DNA from: Bacillota bacterium
Lineage (GTDB): Bacteria > Bacillota_I > Bacilli_A > ML615J-28 > CAG-698
DNA length: 64,000 nt
NCBI GenBank assembly: GCA_016280895.1
Contig: JAEEHM010000093.1
Location: 14,987-78,986 of the forward strand
Direction: 5' to 3'
The position numbers and the translations under genes were made by a program. Positions 9,113 to 20,122 of the stretch are shown in pieces (the first letter of the stretch is position 1; each line of letters begins with the position of its first letter). A model generated the notes under the pieces. That model made no database searches and had not been told where the DNA came from. It was given only the letters and a program-made list of their open reading frames with translations.

Positions 9113-10264
9113 ATGTTAAAAAAAGTCAGATTTAAAAATTTTAGGTGTTTTAGTAAAGAAACAATTATTGATTTCACAAGAACAAAATATGAATTATTAG
9201 AAGAAACTAATACATACAATGATATTGTTAAAGGTGCTTTCTTTTGGGGTGCCAACGCTAGCGGAAAATCATCTTCTTTATTTTCCATTTCTATTCTTTT
9301 TGATTTGTTGTTTAAAGAAATAAATGTTGTTGGTTCTCAATGCTATTTTTCTAAATCAAAAGAAATGTTTTTTGAATATACTTTTCTAGAAGAAAATGAT
9401 GAAATCGTATATTATGTTGCATTTGATAGAGAAGGAATGATTAAAAAAGAATCTTTGAAGTTAAACAAGGATATATTATTAAATAGAATTTATGATTCTG
9501 CAGAATCAAAACTAACTGAGAATGATATTTTTAAAAAAGAAGATATGAATTCTCAAAGTGTTTTTTTAAAAACTATTTATTTTAATACAAAATTCAATAG
9601 TTTTCCAGTTTTGAAAAAATGGTATGAGAGTTTAAAAGAAGCAGTTTATATTAGTTTTGATAGAATTATCGAAAATCAAAATGCAATTGTGAATTTCAAT
9701 AATAATATAAAAAATGATATTTACTTAGATAATTATTTAAGCACATATGGAGAAAAATATATCAATGATTACTTTAAGGAACTTGGACTACCATATAGAA
9801 TAAAATATAATAATAAACTTTCTAATGTTGGGGGATTACCTGTTCCTGTTGAATACAAAATTAGTTTTAAGAGAGACGGTTTTGATGTAGATTTTCCTTT
9901 TGTTACTGAATCAATTGGTAACAAGAAAATATTAGCAATTCTCCCATCAATTCTTCATGCTATTAATAATAATAGTATTTTGATGATTGATGAATTTAGT
10001 GGTTCTTTTCATAATGAATTAGTTAATAAAACTATTAAATTCTTTATGAAACATAGTCAAAGTGCTCAGATGTTTGTGGTTACACATATTACATCTATTC
10101 AAAGATCTAGTCTTATAAGACCAGATCAAATCTACACATTGGATTTTGGTGCTGATGGGGCTTGCATTAATAGAGCATCTAGCGCAAAGCCTAGAGAAAC
10201 GCAAAACTTTGAAAAGATGTATTTGGCTGGAGTGTTCGGAGGTGTTCCTAATTACAATGATTAA
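9113..10264 (+). CDS. AAA_21/AbiEii-RloA-like ABC-type ATPase (alternative start 9098)
   Basis: FKNFRCF start, Walker A GANASGKS, signature ESIGNKK, Walker B ILMIDEF, QMFVVTH, C-terminal YLAGVFGGVP. Confidence 0.85.
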   Translation: MLKKVRFKNFRCFSKETIIDFTRTKYELLEETNTYNDIVKGAFFWGANASGKSSSLFSISILFDLLFKEINVVGSQCYFSKSKEMFFEYTFLEENDEIVYYVAFDREGMIKKESLKLNKDILLNRIYDSAESKLTENDIFKKEDMNSQSVFLKTIYFNTKFNSFPVLKKWYESLKEAVYISFDRIIENQNAIVNFNNNIKNDIYLDNYLSTYGEKYINDYFKELGLPYRIKYNNKLSNVGGLPVPVEYKISFKRDGFDVDFPFVTESIGNKKILAILPSILHAINNNSILMIDEFSGSFHNELVNKTIKFFMKHSQSAQMFVVTHITSIQRSSLIRPDQIYTLDFGADGACINRASSAKPRETQNFEKMYLAGVFGGVPNYND

Positions 10265-11042
10265 AAAGAGAATTGATGTTAGTATCAATAGAGGGAAAAA
10301 CATCGGAAAAGTATTAATAATCACTGAAGGTAAGGATCCAGAAATAAAACTGTTGAAAAAGATATTTAATGATATTTTGGATTATGATATTATCACAAAG
10401 GCTAATGATGAAAACTTTATGGAATTTAAATCTAAAACGGATAATTATTCTCGAGTGTTTGTTGTTCAATGTCCTAATTCTAATATCATTTCCATTGATC
10501 AAGATCAAGATAAGTTAGAAATCATTTATTTAGACTTATTAAAAAAATATCAATCAACAATAGATAATGCAGCAACATATTATATATTTGATAGAGATAG
10601 AGAATCAAATACATATAATAATACTTTATCACAATTAAAGAAGTATGTTAATGCAAGAGATGGAACTGAATTTAGTGAAGCTGGTATGTTGCTGCTTAGC
10701 TATCCATCAATAGAAGCATATGAAGCAATAATTGATGGTAATAAGTGTCAATACTTTTGCGATGCGAAAGAAGCAAAAAAGAGAATGAAGTATTTTGATA
10801 TTAATAATATATCAGAAGAAGATTTAATCCAAAGCTGTAAAATTATTGTTGGTAAAGTAATTAGTATTATTAAAAGAAATATTGAAGAAAAAGATTATGA
10901 TAATTTATTAGATATTAATTTAAGTGTATTTAATTATGAAGAAGATTTGTTTATCAACAATTCTTGTTATTATTCATTGAGTTTAATTATATTTATGCTA
11001 TTAGACTTAAACATTTTAGAAATTAGTAATGATATAATATAA
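10257..11042 (+). CDS. RloB-like (TOPRIM-like) partner of the ATPase
   Basis: LIITEGKDPE, YYIFDRD and LSYPSIE motifs; overlaps the ATPase stop codon. Confidence 0.6.
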   Translation: MIKKRIDVSINRGKNIGKVLIITEGKDPEIKLLKKIFNDILDYDIITKANDENFMEFKSKTDNYSRVFVVQCPNSNIISIDQDQDKLEIIYLDLLKKYQSTIDNAATYYIFDRDRESNTYNNTLSQLKKYVNARDGTEFSEAGMLLLSYPSIEAYEAIIDGNKCQYFCDAKEAKKRMKYFDINNISEEDLIQSCKIIVGKVISIIKRNIEEKDYDNLLDINLSVFNYEEDLFINNSCYYSLSLIIFMLLDLNILEISNDII

Positions 11043-11064
11043 ATACATAATTACAATTGGTTTA

Positions 11065-11095
11065 TAAAAGAGGATTTTTTCCTCTTTTATTTTTC
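11065..11095 (+). terminator. Intrinsic terminator
   Basis: taaaagagga-ttttt-tcctctttta followed by Ts. Confidence 0.6.
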
Positions 11096-11103
11096 TTTAT
11101 GTA

Positions 11104-11162
11104 TTGTATTTTTGACATTAGTATGTTATAATAAATATATATGTTCGTTCGATTAACGAACA
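11104..11162 (+). promoter_or_regulatory. Polysaccharide-locus promoter with a downstream palindromic operator
   Basis: TTGTAT 11104-11109, 17 bp, TGn-TATAAT 11127-11132; tgttcgtt-cgatt-aacgaaca at 11142-11162. Confidence 0.6.
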
Positions 11163-11185
11163 ATTACTTTGAGAAAGGGAATTTT

Positions 11186-11803
11186 ATGGAAAATAATGCT
11201 TTATTTAAGCCTTCTCCACAATACAAGGAATTGATGATTTTATCAACAATTGCATCAAATAATGATGTTAGTCAAAGAATGTTAGCATCTAAGTTAAACA
11301 TTTCTTTAGCAATGGTCAATTCTTATCTAATTGAAGCTGAAAATAATAAATACATAAAATTAGATAATAGTGAAAGAAGAACTAAATATTTAATTACTAA
11401 ATTAGGTCTTGAAAGAATCAAAGTTTTAAATATTGGTTTACTTAAATCTTCTTTAGATGTATATAATTATGCTAAGATTGAATGTGAAAAGTTTTTAAGA
11501 AGTATTGAAGATAAAGGTTTCAAAAACATTCTATTCTATGGGGCTGGTGAAGTTGCAGAAATATTATTGTATGTTTTAAATAATGGTACTTTTGATATTT
11601 GTGTTAAAGCTGTTATTGATGATGATCATAACAAACAAGGCACTAAATTTGTGAATCTTCCCATTATTCCTTTAAGTAAAGTTATAGATTATAAAAATAT
11701 CGATGGTATATTAGTATCTAGTTATACTAATATTGACATTATAAATAAAAAACTGAATGATTATGGATATGATAAATCCAAAATATTGAATTTCTTTGAA
11801 TAA
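11186..11803 (+). CDS. Winged-helix (MarR/HTH_24-like) transcriptional regulator with a C-terminal Rossmann-like domain
   Basis: SQRMLASKLNISLAMVNSYL...KYLITKLG; ILFYGAGEVA; ATG 11186 follows AAAGGGA. Confidence 0.8.
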   Translation: MENNALFKPSPQYKELMILSTIASNNDVSQRMLASKLNISLAMVNSYLIEAENNKYIKLDNSERRTKYLITKLGLERIKVLNIGLLKSSLDVYNYAKIECEKFLRSIEDKGFKNILFYGAGEVAEILLYVLNNGTFDICVKAVIDDDHNKQGTKFVNLPIIPLSKVIDYKNIDGILVSSYTNIDIINKKLNDYGYDKSKILNFFE

Positions 11804-11826
11804 GAGTACAAAAACAGGAGTGTTTT

Positions 11827-12840
11827 ATGAATATTTTAGTTACTGGTGGTGCTGGTTTTATTGGCTCACATACAGTTGTTGAATTAATTAAGAATAAACA
11901 TAATGTTATAATTGTTGATAATTTCTGTAATTCTAAAAAATCTGTTATTGATAGGATTGAGATTATTACAGGTATTAGACCAATTGTGTACGATATTGAT
12001 GTTAGGGATGAATTAGAATTAGATAAAGTTTTCAATTATTACAAAATAGATGCTTGTATTCATTTTGCCGGTTTAAAGGCTGTTGGTGAATCTTCTAAGA
12101 TTCCTCTAACTTATTATGATAACAACATTGCATCAACTTTATCACTATTAAAGGTGATGAAGAAACACGATGTTAAAAACATCGTCTTCTCATCTTCAGC
12201 TACAGTTTATGGTGAATTTGCACCTGTTCCTTATACTGAAGATACAGAAGTTGGTGGTACAACTAACCCATATGGTACTACTAAATTATTTATTGAATAT
12301 ATTCTAAAAGATTTATATAAGAGTGATAAAGATTGGAATATCGCAATTCTAAGATATTTCAATCCAATTGGAGCACATGAAAGTGGTTTAATTGGTGAAG
12401 ATCCTAATGGTATTCCAAATAATCTTGCTCCTTATATTACTCAAGTTGCAACTGGCAAGTTAGAATATTTAAGAATATTTGGAAATGATTATGATACTAA
12501 AGATGGAACTGGTGTTAGAGATTATATCCATGTATCAGACCTTGCATACGGACATGTTTGTGCTTTAAACAAATTGAATGAAAAACCAGGTCTTGTTATT
12601 TATAATTTAGGTACAGGTATTGGATATTCAGTTTTAGATGTATTACATTCATTTGAAAAAGCAGTAGGTAAGAAAATACCTTATAAATTTGTGGAAAGAA
12701 GGGAAGGTGATCTTCCTTGCTACTACGCAAATCCACAAAAAGCATATAAAGAAATGAAATTCAAAACTAAAAGATCTTTAGATGATATGTGTAGAGATCA
12801 ATGGAAGTGGCAACAATATGCTACTAAAAATAATATATAG
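11827..12840 (+). CDS. galE: UDP-glucose 4-epimerase
   Basis: TGGAGFIGSH, HFAGLKAVGES, YGTTK, LRYFNPIGAH, GTGVRDYIHV. Confidence 0.97.
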   Translation: MNILVTGGAGFIGSHTVVELIKNKHNVIIVDNFCNSKKSVIDRIEIITGIRPIVYDIDVRDELELDKVFNYYKIDACIHFAGLKAVGESSKIPLTYYDNNIASTLSLLKVMKKHDVKNIVFSSSATVYGEFAPVPYTEDTEVGGTTNPYGTTKLFIEYILKDLYKSDKDWNIAILRYFNPIGAHESGLIGEDPNGIPNNLAPYITQVATGKLEYLRIFGNDYDTKDGTGVRDYIHVSDLAYGHVCALNKLNEKPGLVIYNLGTGIGYSVLDVLHSFEKAVGKKIPYKFVERREGDLPCYYANPQKAYKEMKFKTKRSLDDMCRDQWKWQQYATKNNI

Positions 12841-12854
12841 GAGATATTTTAAAT

Positions 12855-14531
12855 ATGGATACATATTTACAAGAATATAATAGATGGTTAAATAAAATAG
12901 AAGATAATCAAGAACTTAAATCTTTAAATGATGAAGAAATAAGAGATGCTTTCTATCAAACTATCACTTTTGGTACTGCAGGTATGAGAGGTAAAATGGG
13001 CCTAGGTACTAATAGAATGAATAAATACACTTTAAGAAGAGCTAATTATGGATACGCTCAATTTTTAAAAGATACATATAAAGATAATCTAAGTGTTGTT
13101 ATCGCAAGAGATAACAGATTAAATGGTGAAGAATTTGTGAAAGAATGTGTTAAAGTATTATCCACATTTGGAATAAAGTCTTACATCTTTAATGGAATTA
13201 CTCCTACACCAGTATTATCTTATGCAGTAAGATATTTAAAATGTAGTGGTGGAATTGTAGTAACAGCATCACATAATAATAAAGATTATAATGGTTATAA
13301 AATTTATGATAATGAAGGCTGTCAATTAGTGCCAGCACTTGCTAACATTGTAGTTAACAATGTAGCTAGTGCTCCAGATTATTTTGATATTAAGGTTAAT
13401 GATTTTGAAGATGCTTTAAAACAAGGTTTAGTAGAATACGTACCTGAAAAGCTAGAAGAAGATTATTTAAATGAAGTATTAAAGCTTCAAATTAATCCTA
13501 ATATCAAAAAAGATAATTTTAAGATTTGTTACACACCATTACATGGAACTGGTGGAAAGTTAGCATCAAAATTATTTGAAACTTTAGGTTATGATTATGT
13601 TAAAGTTAATGAACAATTTGTGAATGATCCATATTTTACAACTGTTCCATATCCTAACCCTGAAGATCCTAAAGCATTCACTTTAGCTTTGGAATATGCT
13701 AAAAAAGAAAATTGTGATATAATAATTGCAACAGATCCTGATGCTGACAGAGTTGGTGTTGCTGTAAGAGAAAAGAATGGTGAATATAGACTACTTACTG
13801 GTAATGAAACTGGTGCTATTTTAATCTATTACATTTGTACAAACGCTAATATTTATCCTAATTCTTATATGATTGACACAATTGTAACATCTAGATTAGG
13901 TAGAAAGATTGCGAAGAAGTATGGTGTTAAGACACTTCAAACTTTTACTGGTTTTAAATATATTGGACAACAAATTACTAAACTTGAACAAGAAGGTAAA
14001 GATTTCAAATTTGGTTATGAAGAAGCTTTTGGTTATACTGTAGGTACAATTGGAAGAGATAAAGATTCTTTACAAGGAATGTTACTGGTAGCTGAGGCTG
14101 CATGTTTCTTCAAACAAAGTTCTTACAGAACTCTAGTTGAAATTTTAAAGATGTTGAATAGTGGCTTTGGCTTTATGCAAGCTAGTCAAAACACTTTAAT
14201 ACTAGAAGGTGAAAAAGGCCAAGAACAAATCAAGTCTGTAATGAAATATTTGAGAGAACATGAGCTTGATAAGATTGGCGAATATAAAGTTGAAAAATGT
14301 ATAGATTACAGTAAACAAGATTATATCGTAAATGGAATAAACTTAGGTAAAGCTGATGTAATCGAATATAATTTTGATGAAGATAATTATTGTATCTTTA
14401 GACCAAGTGGAACTGAACCTAAATTAAAGTGCTATATTGGTACATCTGGTGAAACTCAAGAAGAATCAGATAATAAAACTAAAGAAATAAAAGATGCAGT
14501 TAATGCATTATATGATGTAATATTAAAATAG
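12855..14531 (+). CDS. pgm: Phosphoglucomutase/phosphomannomutase
   Basis: FGTAGMRG, TASHN, DPDADR, RPSGTEPK. Confidence 0.92.
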   Translation: MDTYLQEYNRWLNKIEDNQELKSLNDEEIRDAFYQTITFGTAGMRGKMGLGTNRMNKYTLRRANYGYAQFLKDTYKDNLSVVIARDNRLNGEEFVKECVKVLSTFGIKSYIFNGITPTPVLSYAVRYLKCSGGIVVTASHNNKDYNGYKIYDNEGCQLVPALANIVVNNVASAPDYFDIKVNDFEDALKQGLVEYVPEKLEEDYLNEVLKLQINPNIKKDNFKICYTPLHGTGGKLASKLFETLGYDYVKVNEQFVNDPYFTTVPYPNPEDPKAFTLALEYAKKENCDIIIATDPDADRVGVAVREKNGEYRLLTGNETGAILIYYICTNANIYPNSYMIDTIVTSRLGRKIAKKYGVKTLQTFTGFKYIGQQITKLEQEGKDFKFGYEEAFGYTVGTIGRDKDSLQGMLLVAEAACFFKQSSYRTLVEILKMLNSGFGFMQASQNTLILEGEKGQEQIKSVMKYLREHELDKIGEYKVEKCIDYSKQDYIVNGINLGKADVIEYNFDEDNYCIFRPSGTEPKLKCYIGTSGETQEESDNKTKEIKDAVNALYDVILK

Positions 14532-14539
14532 GAGTTAAG

Positions 14540-15412
14540 ATGAATAAAATACATAAAGCAGTAATACCTGCAGCTGGTTTTGGAACAAGATTTCTTCCTG
14601 CTACAAAAGCGATAGCGAAAGAAATGATTCCCATTATTGATAAACCTACAATAGAATATATTGTGAGAGAAGCAATGGATGCAGGTATTGATGAATTCTT
14701 GATTGTAATTAATGAACATAAAGATTCTATTAAAGAGCATTTTGGTCATAATTATCCATTAGAAGAATTCTTAAAAGAAAAAAATAAAAAAGAAGAACTT
14801 GATATTATATTAGAATTACCTAATAAAATAAAAGTTGATTATGTAATTCAATATGAACAAAAAGGTTTAGGCCATGCTATTTTACAAGCAAAAGAGTGGG
14901 CGAATGGCGAAGACTTTGCAGTATTATTAGGCGATGATGTCGTTGTTAATAAAGATTATCCAGCAATCAAGCAATTATGTGATTATTACAATAAAGTCCA
15001 TTCCACAATCGTAGGTGTACAAACAGTGCCACTAGAAAAAACTAAATTGTATGGAATTGTGGATCCTTCATTTGTGTTTACTGGCAATGCTACTAAAATT
15101 CATGATTTTATTGAAAAACCAGAACCTGAAAAGGCTCCATCTAGACTTGCTGTTTTGGGTAGATATGTTTTAACTAATAAGATTTTTGAATTATTGGAAA
15201 CACAAGAAAAAGGAAAAGGCGGAGAAATACAACTAACAGATGCTATTAAAAGATTAATAGAATTTGAAAATGTTTATGCATATATGTTTGAAGGTAAAAG
15301 ATATGATGTGGGCTCTAAAGAAGGATTTGTAGAAGCTACAATTGATTTCGCATTAGATAGAGAAGATTTAAGAGAGATTATAAAAGAATATATTAAAAAT
15401 AAAAATTTATAA
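14540..15412 (+). CDS. galU: UTP-glucose-1-phosphate uridylyltransferase
   Basis: KAVIPAAGFGTRFLPATKA, GLGHA, LLGDD, GGEIQLTDA. Confidence 0.97.
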   Translation: MNKIHKAVIPAAGFGTRFLPATKAIAKEMIPIIDKPTIEYIVREAMDAGIDEFLIVINEHKDSIKEHFGHNYPLEEFLKEKNKKEELDIILELPNKIKVDYVIQYEQKGLGHAILQAKEWANGEDFAVLLGDDVVVNKDYPAIKQLCDYYNKVHSTIVGVQTVPLEKTKLYGIVDPSFVFTGNATKIHDFIEKPEPEKAPSRLAVLGRYVLTNKIFELLETQEKGKGGEIQLTDAIKRLIEFENVYAYMFEGKRYDVGSKEGFVEATIDFALDREDLREIIKEYIKNKNL

Positions 15413-15426
15413 TTGGTAGGTTATAT

Positions 15427-16722
15427 ATGGATATAAATTTAGAGCACCTAAGTGCATCTAAGAAACTTAGAGACTTAGGCGATAACGTATTTGAAGAAAT
15501 AAAAAATAAAACTATTGCAGCAAAGAATGATTTGCTGGAAAAGAATAATAAAAAAGAAGATTTAACTGGTTGGATTGATTATCCTAATGAAATATCTGAT
15601 GAATTGATAGATGATATTTTAAAAACTGCTGAAGAAGTAAAGAATAAATGTGAAGTATTTGTTATTATTGGTATTGGTGGTTCTTACTTAGGAACTAAAG
15701 CAGTGTTAGAAGCACTAAATCCAAGAAGAAGAGAATTTGGAGAATTGAAAATCATATTTGCGGGATTCTCATTATCTTCTAGTTACACATCATATTTATT
15801 ATCTTACCTAGAACATAGAGCTTTTTGTATAAACTATGTTTCTAAATCAGGTAATACTACAGAACCAGCTATCGCATTTAGACTTTTTAAAAACCTTCTT
15901 AAAAAGCAACATAAGAGTGCATACAATGATTGGATTTATGTAACAACTGATGAAAAAGAAGGCAATGCAATTAAGGAAGCTAAAGCTAATGGATACAAAA
16001 CCTTTTATATCCCATCAAACATTGGAGGCAGATATTCATGTTTTACAGCTTCTACCTTATTTCCACTTGCTTGTAAAGATGTTGATATTAAAGAATTTTT
16101 AAACGGAGCAAAACAAGCAAGGCTTGTTTGCTTAGCAGAAAGCTTTGATAACAATATTGCAATGAAATATGCATATGCAAGAAACCTATGCTATAGAGCT
16201 GGTAAACAAATAGAAGCGTTGTGTTTATTCTCTCCAAGATTACTTTCACTTGGAGATTGGTGGAGACAATTATTTGCAGAATCTGAAGGCAAATCTGGAA
16301 AAGGATTATTTCCAATTGAAATGAATTACTCAACAGATTTACATTCAATTGGCCAAATGGTTCAAGATGGTAAAAAGATTCTATTTGAAACAATCATAGA
16401 TGCTAAATACACAATGATGGGATTATCGCTAGAAGAAGATAATGATAATTTCGATGGATTAAATTATTTGGCTGGAAAAGATTTGCATTATATCAATAAT
16501 CAAATGCTAGAAGCTACAATTGAAGCTCATACTAAAGGATTAATACCAATTGTAACTATTGGTATTAGTAGAATTGATACTAATCATTTAGGTAAATTAA
16601 TGTATACATTTATGTTTGCATGTGCATTAAGTGCATATGTATTAGGTGTCAACCCATTTGATCAACCCGCTGTTAGTGAATATAAAAACAGAATGTTGGA
16701 ATTATTGAAGAAAAACAATTAG
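15427..16722 (+). CDS. pgi: Glucose-6-phosphate isomerase
   Basis: GIGGSYLG, SKSGNTTEP, IGGRYS, QLFAESEGK, NPFDQP. Confidence 0.93.
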   Translation: MDINLEHLSASKKLRDLGDNVFEEIKNKTIAAKNDLLEKNNKKEDLTGWIDYPNEISDELIDDILKTAEEVKNKCEVFVIIGIGGSYLGTKAVLEALNPRRREFGELKIIFAGFSLSSSYTSYLLSYLEHRAFCINYVSKSGNTTEPAIAFRLFKNLLKKQHKSAYNDWIYVTTDEKEGNAIKEAKANGYKTFYIPSNIGGRYSCFTASTLFPLACKDVDIKEFLNGAKQARLVCLAESFDNNIAMKYAYARNLCYRAGKQIEALCLFSPRLLSLGDWWRQLFAESEGKSGKGLFPIEMNYSTDLHSIGQMVQDGKKILFETIIDAKYTMMGLSLEEDNDNFDGLNYLAGKDLHYINNQMLEATIEAHTKGLIPIVTIGISRIDTNHLGKLMYTFMFACALSAYVLGVNPFDQPAVSEYKNRMLELLKKNN

Positions 16723-16899
16723 TTAACGTTAGAGTTGAAATGATTGAATTATACTTAAAAAATAATAGAAGTCTTAATATTTATTATTTGGTGGCAAAAA
16801 AAATAATTAGCATAATAGTCTAATTTGTCATTTAATACAAGAAATTCGGTTTTTATCTTTTGTTATTTTTTTTAAATAGGAGGAGTAGGAGGAGAAAAG

Positions 16900-17520
16900 G
16901 TGTATAAGCATTTTTTAAAAAGGTTTTTTGATATTATTATTTCTTTTTTTTCTTTGCTAATTTTGTTTCCATTATTAGTGATTTTAAGTGTTTTAGTTGG
17001 ACTTACATCAAAGGGACCTGTATTTTTTAAACAAGAAAGAATAGGAAAAAACGGCAAAGTTTTTAAAATGATTAAATTCCGATCAATGGTTGTTGGTGCA
17101 GAGTCGCAAGGTGTTTATTCTGATAACAATGATAAAAGAATAACTAAAATAGGAAAATTCTTGCGAAAATCCTCTCTTGATGAATTACCTCAATTGTTAA
17201 ATATGTTAAAAGGCGATATGTCTTTAATTGGGCCAAGACCTCCACTGACATATCACCCATGGAAATTTGAAGAGTACACCGATGAACAAAAAAGAATGTT
17301 TGAGGTTAGACCGGGATTAACCGGCTGGGCACAAGTGAATGGAAGAAAAGAAGTTGAGTGGAACAAACGAATCGAATTAAATGTTTGGTATGTTGATAAT
17401 ATAAGTTTTTGGCTTGATTTCAAAATATTATTTTTAACTTTTTTTAAAGTTATCAAAAATGAAGGTAATGAAAATAAAGGCGCAACAGTACAAAATATTG
17501 AAGAAAAAGAGAGACAATAA
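16900..17520 (+). CDS. Priming sugar (phospho)transferase, Bac_transf family
   Basis: KRFFDII, FKMIKFRSM, SLDELPQL, SLIGPRP, RPGLTGWAQVNGR; GTG start after GGAGGAG. Confidence 0.93.
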   Translation: MYKHFLKRFFDIIISFFSLLILFPLLVILSVLVGLTSKGPVFFKQERIGKNGKVFKMIKFRSMVVGAESQGVYSDNNDKRITKIGKFLRKSSLDELPQLLNMLKGDMSLIGPRPPLTYHPWKFEEYTDEQKRMFEVRPGLTGWAQVNGRKEVEWNKRIELNVWYVDNISFWLDFKILFLTFFKVIKNEGNENKGATVQNIEEKERQ

Positions 17521-18347
17521 TGGCATTAAAATTAATGTATATAACTAATAATCCTAATGTTGCAGCAATAGCAGAATCATATGGAGTTGATAGAATATTT
17601 GTGGATATGGAATATATTGGTAAGTCCGAGAGACAAGGTGGGATGGATACAGTTCAATCTCATCATACTTTTGACGACATAAAAAGAATTAAAGCAGTAT
17701 TGAAAAAATCTGAATTGATAGTAAGGTGTAATCCTATTCATGGCGAAACCAAAGACTACTGCTCATCTAAAGAAGAGATAGAGAAGATAATAGAAAATGG
17801 TGCTGATATAGTAATGCTCCCTTATTTTAAAACAATTGAAGAAGTAAAATTATTTTTGTCACTCGTAAATGGAAAAGTAAAAACAATGTTGCTAATAGAA
17901 ACGCCAGAATCTGTAACTATTTTGGATGAAATATTATGCTTGAAGGGAATCGATTTCATACATATTGGCTTAAATGATTTAAGCTTAGGCTATAACAAAA
18001 AGTTTATGTTTGAACTTTTATCAAATGGTCTCGTAGAAGTCCTTTGTTCAAAAATAAAAAAAGAAAAAATACCATACGGGTTTGGTGGGATTGCTTCATT
18101 AGGACACGGAGTTTTACCATCAGAAAGAATAATAATGGAGCATTATAGATTAGAATCAAGTTGTGCGATTTTATCTAGAAGCTTTTGTAATGCACAGCAA
18201 ATTTCTGACATAAAAAAAATAAAGAATACTTTTAAAAAAGGCATTAGGAAAATAAGAAAATATGAAAAACAATGTGAGAGGAAATTTAAACCATTTTTAG
18301 ATAATGAAAATGAAATAAGAAAAAAAGTTGAGGAAATACTAGGGTAA
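17520..18347 (+). CDS. HpcH/HpaI aldolase/citrate-lyase family protein
   Basis: RIFVDME, IVMLPYF, MLLIET, IHIGLNDL. Confidence 0.8.
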   Translation: MALKLMYITNNPNVAAIAESYGVDRIFVDMEYIGKSERQGGMDTVQSHHTFDDIKRIKAVLKKSELIVRCNPIHGETKDYCSSKEEIEKIIENGADIVMLPYFKTIEEVKLFLSLVNGKVKTMLLIETPESVTILDEILCLKGIDFIHIGLNDLSLGYNKKFMFELLSNGLVEVLCSKIKKEKIPYGFGGIASLGHGVLPSERIIMEHYRLESSCAILSRSFCNAQQISDIKKIKNTFKKGIRKIRKYEKQCERKFKPFLDNENEIRKKVEEILG

Positions 18348-18351
18348 TAAT

Positions 18352-19269
18352 ATGAATATTCTTATAACTGGTGCATGGCAATGCAACGAAGATGATTTAA
18401 CTGCGTTAAATAGAATGGGGCACAATATAGTCTTCATGAAACAAGAAAAGGATGAAATTCCATGTGAGGCGACCTGGGTAGAAGCAGTAATTTGTAACAA
18501 CTTATTCAACTATCATGTTATATCGATTTTCAATAATTTAAGATATGTACAAACAACTAGTGCAGGACTAGATAGAATACCAATGGATTATTGTACAAAA
18601 CATAATATAGTTGTAAATAATGCTAGAAATGTTTATTCTATCCCAATGGCGGAATTTGCTGTTTCTAGCGTTTTGGATTTATTAAAAAGGAAAATGGATT
18701 TTTGGGAAAATCAAAAACAACATTTATGGAAAAAAATCAGAGATATAGAGGAGCTGAATAATAAAATTGTGTTAATTGTCGGGTGCGGTAATGTTGGCTA
18801 TGAGTGTGCGAAAAGATTTAGTGCTTTTAATTGTACTGTACTCGGTGTAGATTTAAACGATGAAAAAAAAGAGTATTTTGATAAAGTGGTTCCAATAATT
18901 GATATTTATAATGTGCTTCCTCAAAGCGATATTATTATTTTAACTTTGCCACTAACAAATAGTACTTATCACTTATTCAATAAAAAGTTATTTGCTATTA
19001 TGAAAAAAAATTCAATAATAGTTAATTTAGCAAGAGGAGAAATAATTAATACTGATGATCTAATTGATAGTTTGAATAAGCATTTGTATGCGGCAATTTT
19101 AGATGTTTGTGAGGACGAACCATTAGAAACTGATTCAAGATTATGGGATATGAAAAATGTTTTAATTACCCCCCATAATAGTTATGTTGGTAATTCGAAT
19201 TCCTTAAGACTGAGAGAGAGAATTATTTCAAATTTAAATGAGTATATGAAGGGAAAAAACTATGGATGA
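18352..19269 (+). CDS. D-isomer-specific 2-hydroxyacid dehydrogenase
   Basis: SAGLD, GCGNVG, VNLARG, LDVCEDEPL, ITPHNS. Confidence 0.9.
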   Translation: MNILITGAWQCNEDDLTALNRMGHNIVFMKQEKDEIPCEATWVEAVICNNLFNYHVISIFNNLRYVQTTSAGLDRIPMDYCTKHNIVVNNARNVYSIPMAEFAVSSVLDLLKRKMDFWENQKQHLWKKIRDIEELNNKIVLIVGCGNVGYECAKRFSAFNCTVLGVDLNDEKKEYFDKVVPIIDIYNVLPQSDIIILTLPLTNSTYHLFNKKLFAIMKKNSIIVNLARGEIINTDDLIDSLNKHLYAAILDVCEDEPLETDSRLWDMKNVLITPHNSYVGNSNSLRLRERIISNLNEYMKGKNYG

Positions 19270-20122
19270 ATTAATAAAAATCAAAGAACTTAGGAAATTA
19301 CAATTAGTTGAATTATTTATTTTAGTTGAGTTTAAAAAGTTTTGTGAAAAGAATAATTTACGTTTTTATTTAATAGATGGTTCTCTTTTAGGAGCTGTTA
19401 GACATAAAGGTTTTATTCCTTGGGATGATGATATTGACGTTTGCATGTCCCGAAAGGACTATAATAAAATGATTGAAGTTTCTAATTGCCACATTAGTGA
19501 TAAAATTGAATTACTCGATCCAAATACAAATAACGAATTTAAGGGCATTGTGCCATTATTGATATATAAGAATTCTGAGGTTATATCTAAACAGTTTAGA
19601 ACAAATGAAAATTTGAAGATAAGTATAACCATTTTTGTTTATGATGGAGCACCAAAGAATAAAATACAAAGATTTTTTTATTATAATCGAATGTTTTTGC
19701 TAAGAGCTAAGCATGCTTTGTGCAGAGCTGATTTTAAACATGTTAATACTAAAAAAGCAAAGATATTTGGGCCGTTATTGAAACCATTTTTTAGAGAAAA
19801 AAATGTTTATAAGTATAAAAATAAAATTTTAAAATTGCAACAAAAGTATCCGTATGATAAATCTTATTATGTAGCAACAAATGCGGATAATGGTCCGCAA
19901 GTAGGTTTGTTCACAAAAAAAGAATTTGAAGAACCTATTAAACTAGAATTTGAAAAAATGATTTTCTATACATATAGTTGTTATAAAATAGCTCTTGAAA
20001 GAAATTATGGAGATTATATGACACCTCCACCAGATAATAATCGGGCAACAAGGCATAGTTTTAATGCAAGTATTGAAGCAAACTTTGATTTTAATTTTTT
20101 AGACAAGGAAAAAATAATATGA
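19262..20122 (+). CDS. LicD family phosphotransferase
   Basis: GSLLGAVRHKGFIPWDDDIDV; YGDYMTPP. Confidence 0.92.
   Translation: MDELIKIKELRKLQLVELFILVEFKKFCEKNNLRFYLIDGSLLGAVRHKGFIPWDDDIDVCMSRKDYNKMIEVSNCHISDKIELLDPNTNNEFKGIVPLLIYKNSEVISKQFRTNENLKISITIFVYDGAPKNKIQRFFYYNRMFLLRAKHALCRADFKHVNTKKAKIFGPLLKPFFREKNVYKYKNKILKLQQKYPYDKSYYVATNADNGPQVGLFTKKEFEEPIKLEFEKMIFYTYSCYKIALERNYGDYMTPPPDNNRATRHSFNASIEANFDFNFLDKEKII

Noticed and set aside
16790-16875. Poly-A/poly-T tracts as phase-variation switches upstream of the priming transferase
   Set aside because: Runs of about 8 nt are common at this AT content, and no inverted repeats or invertase are visible.
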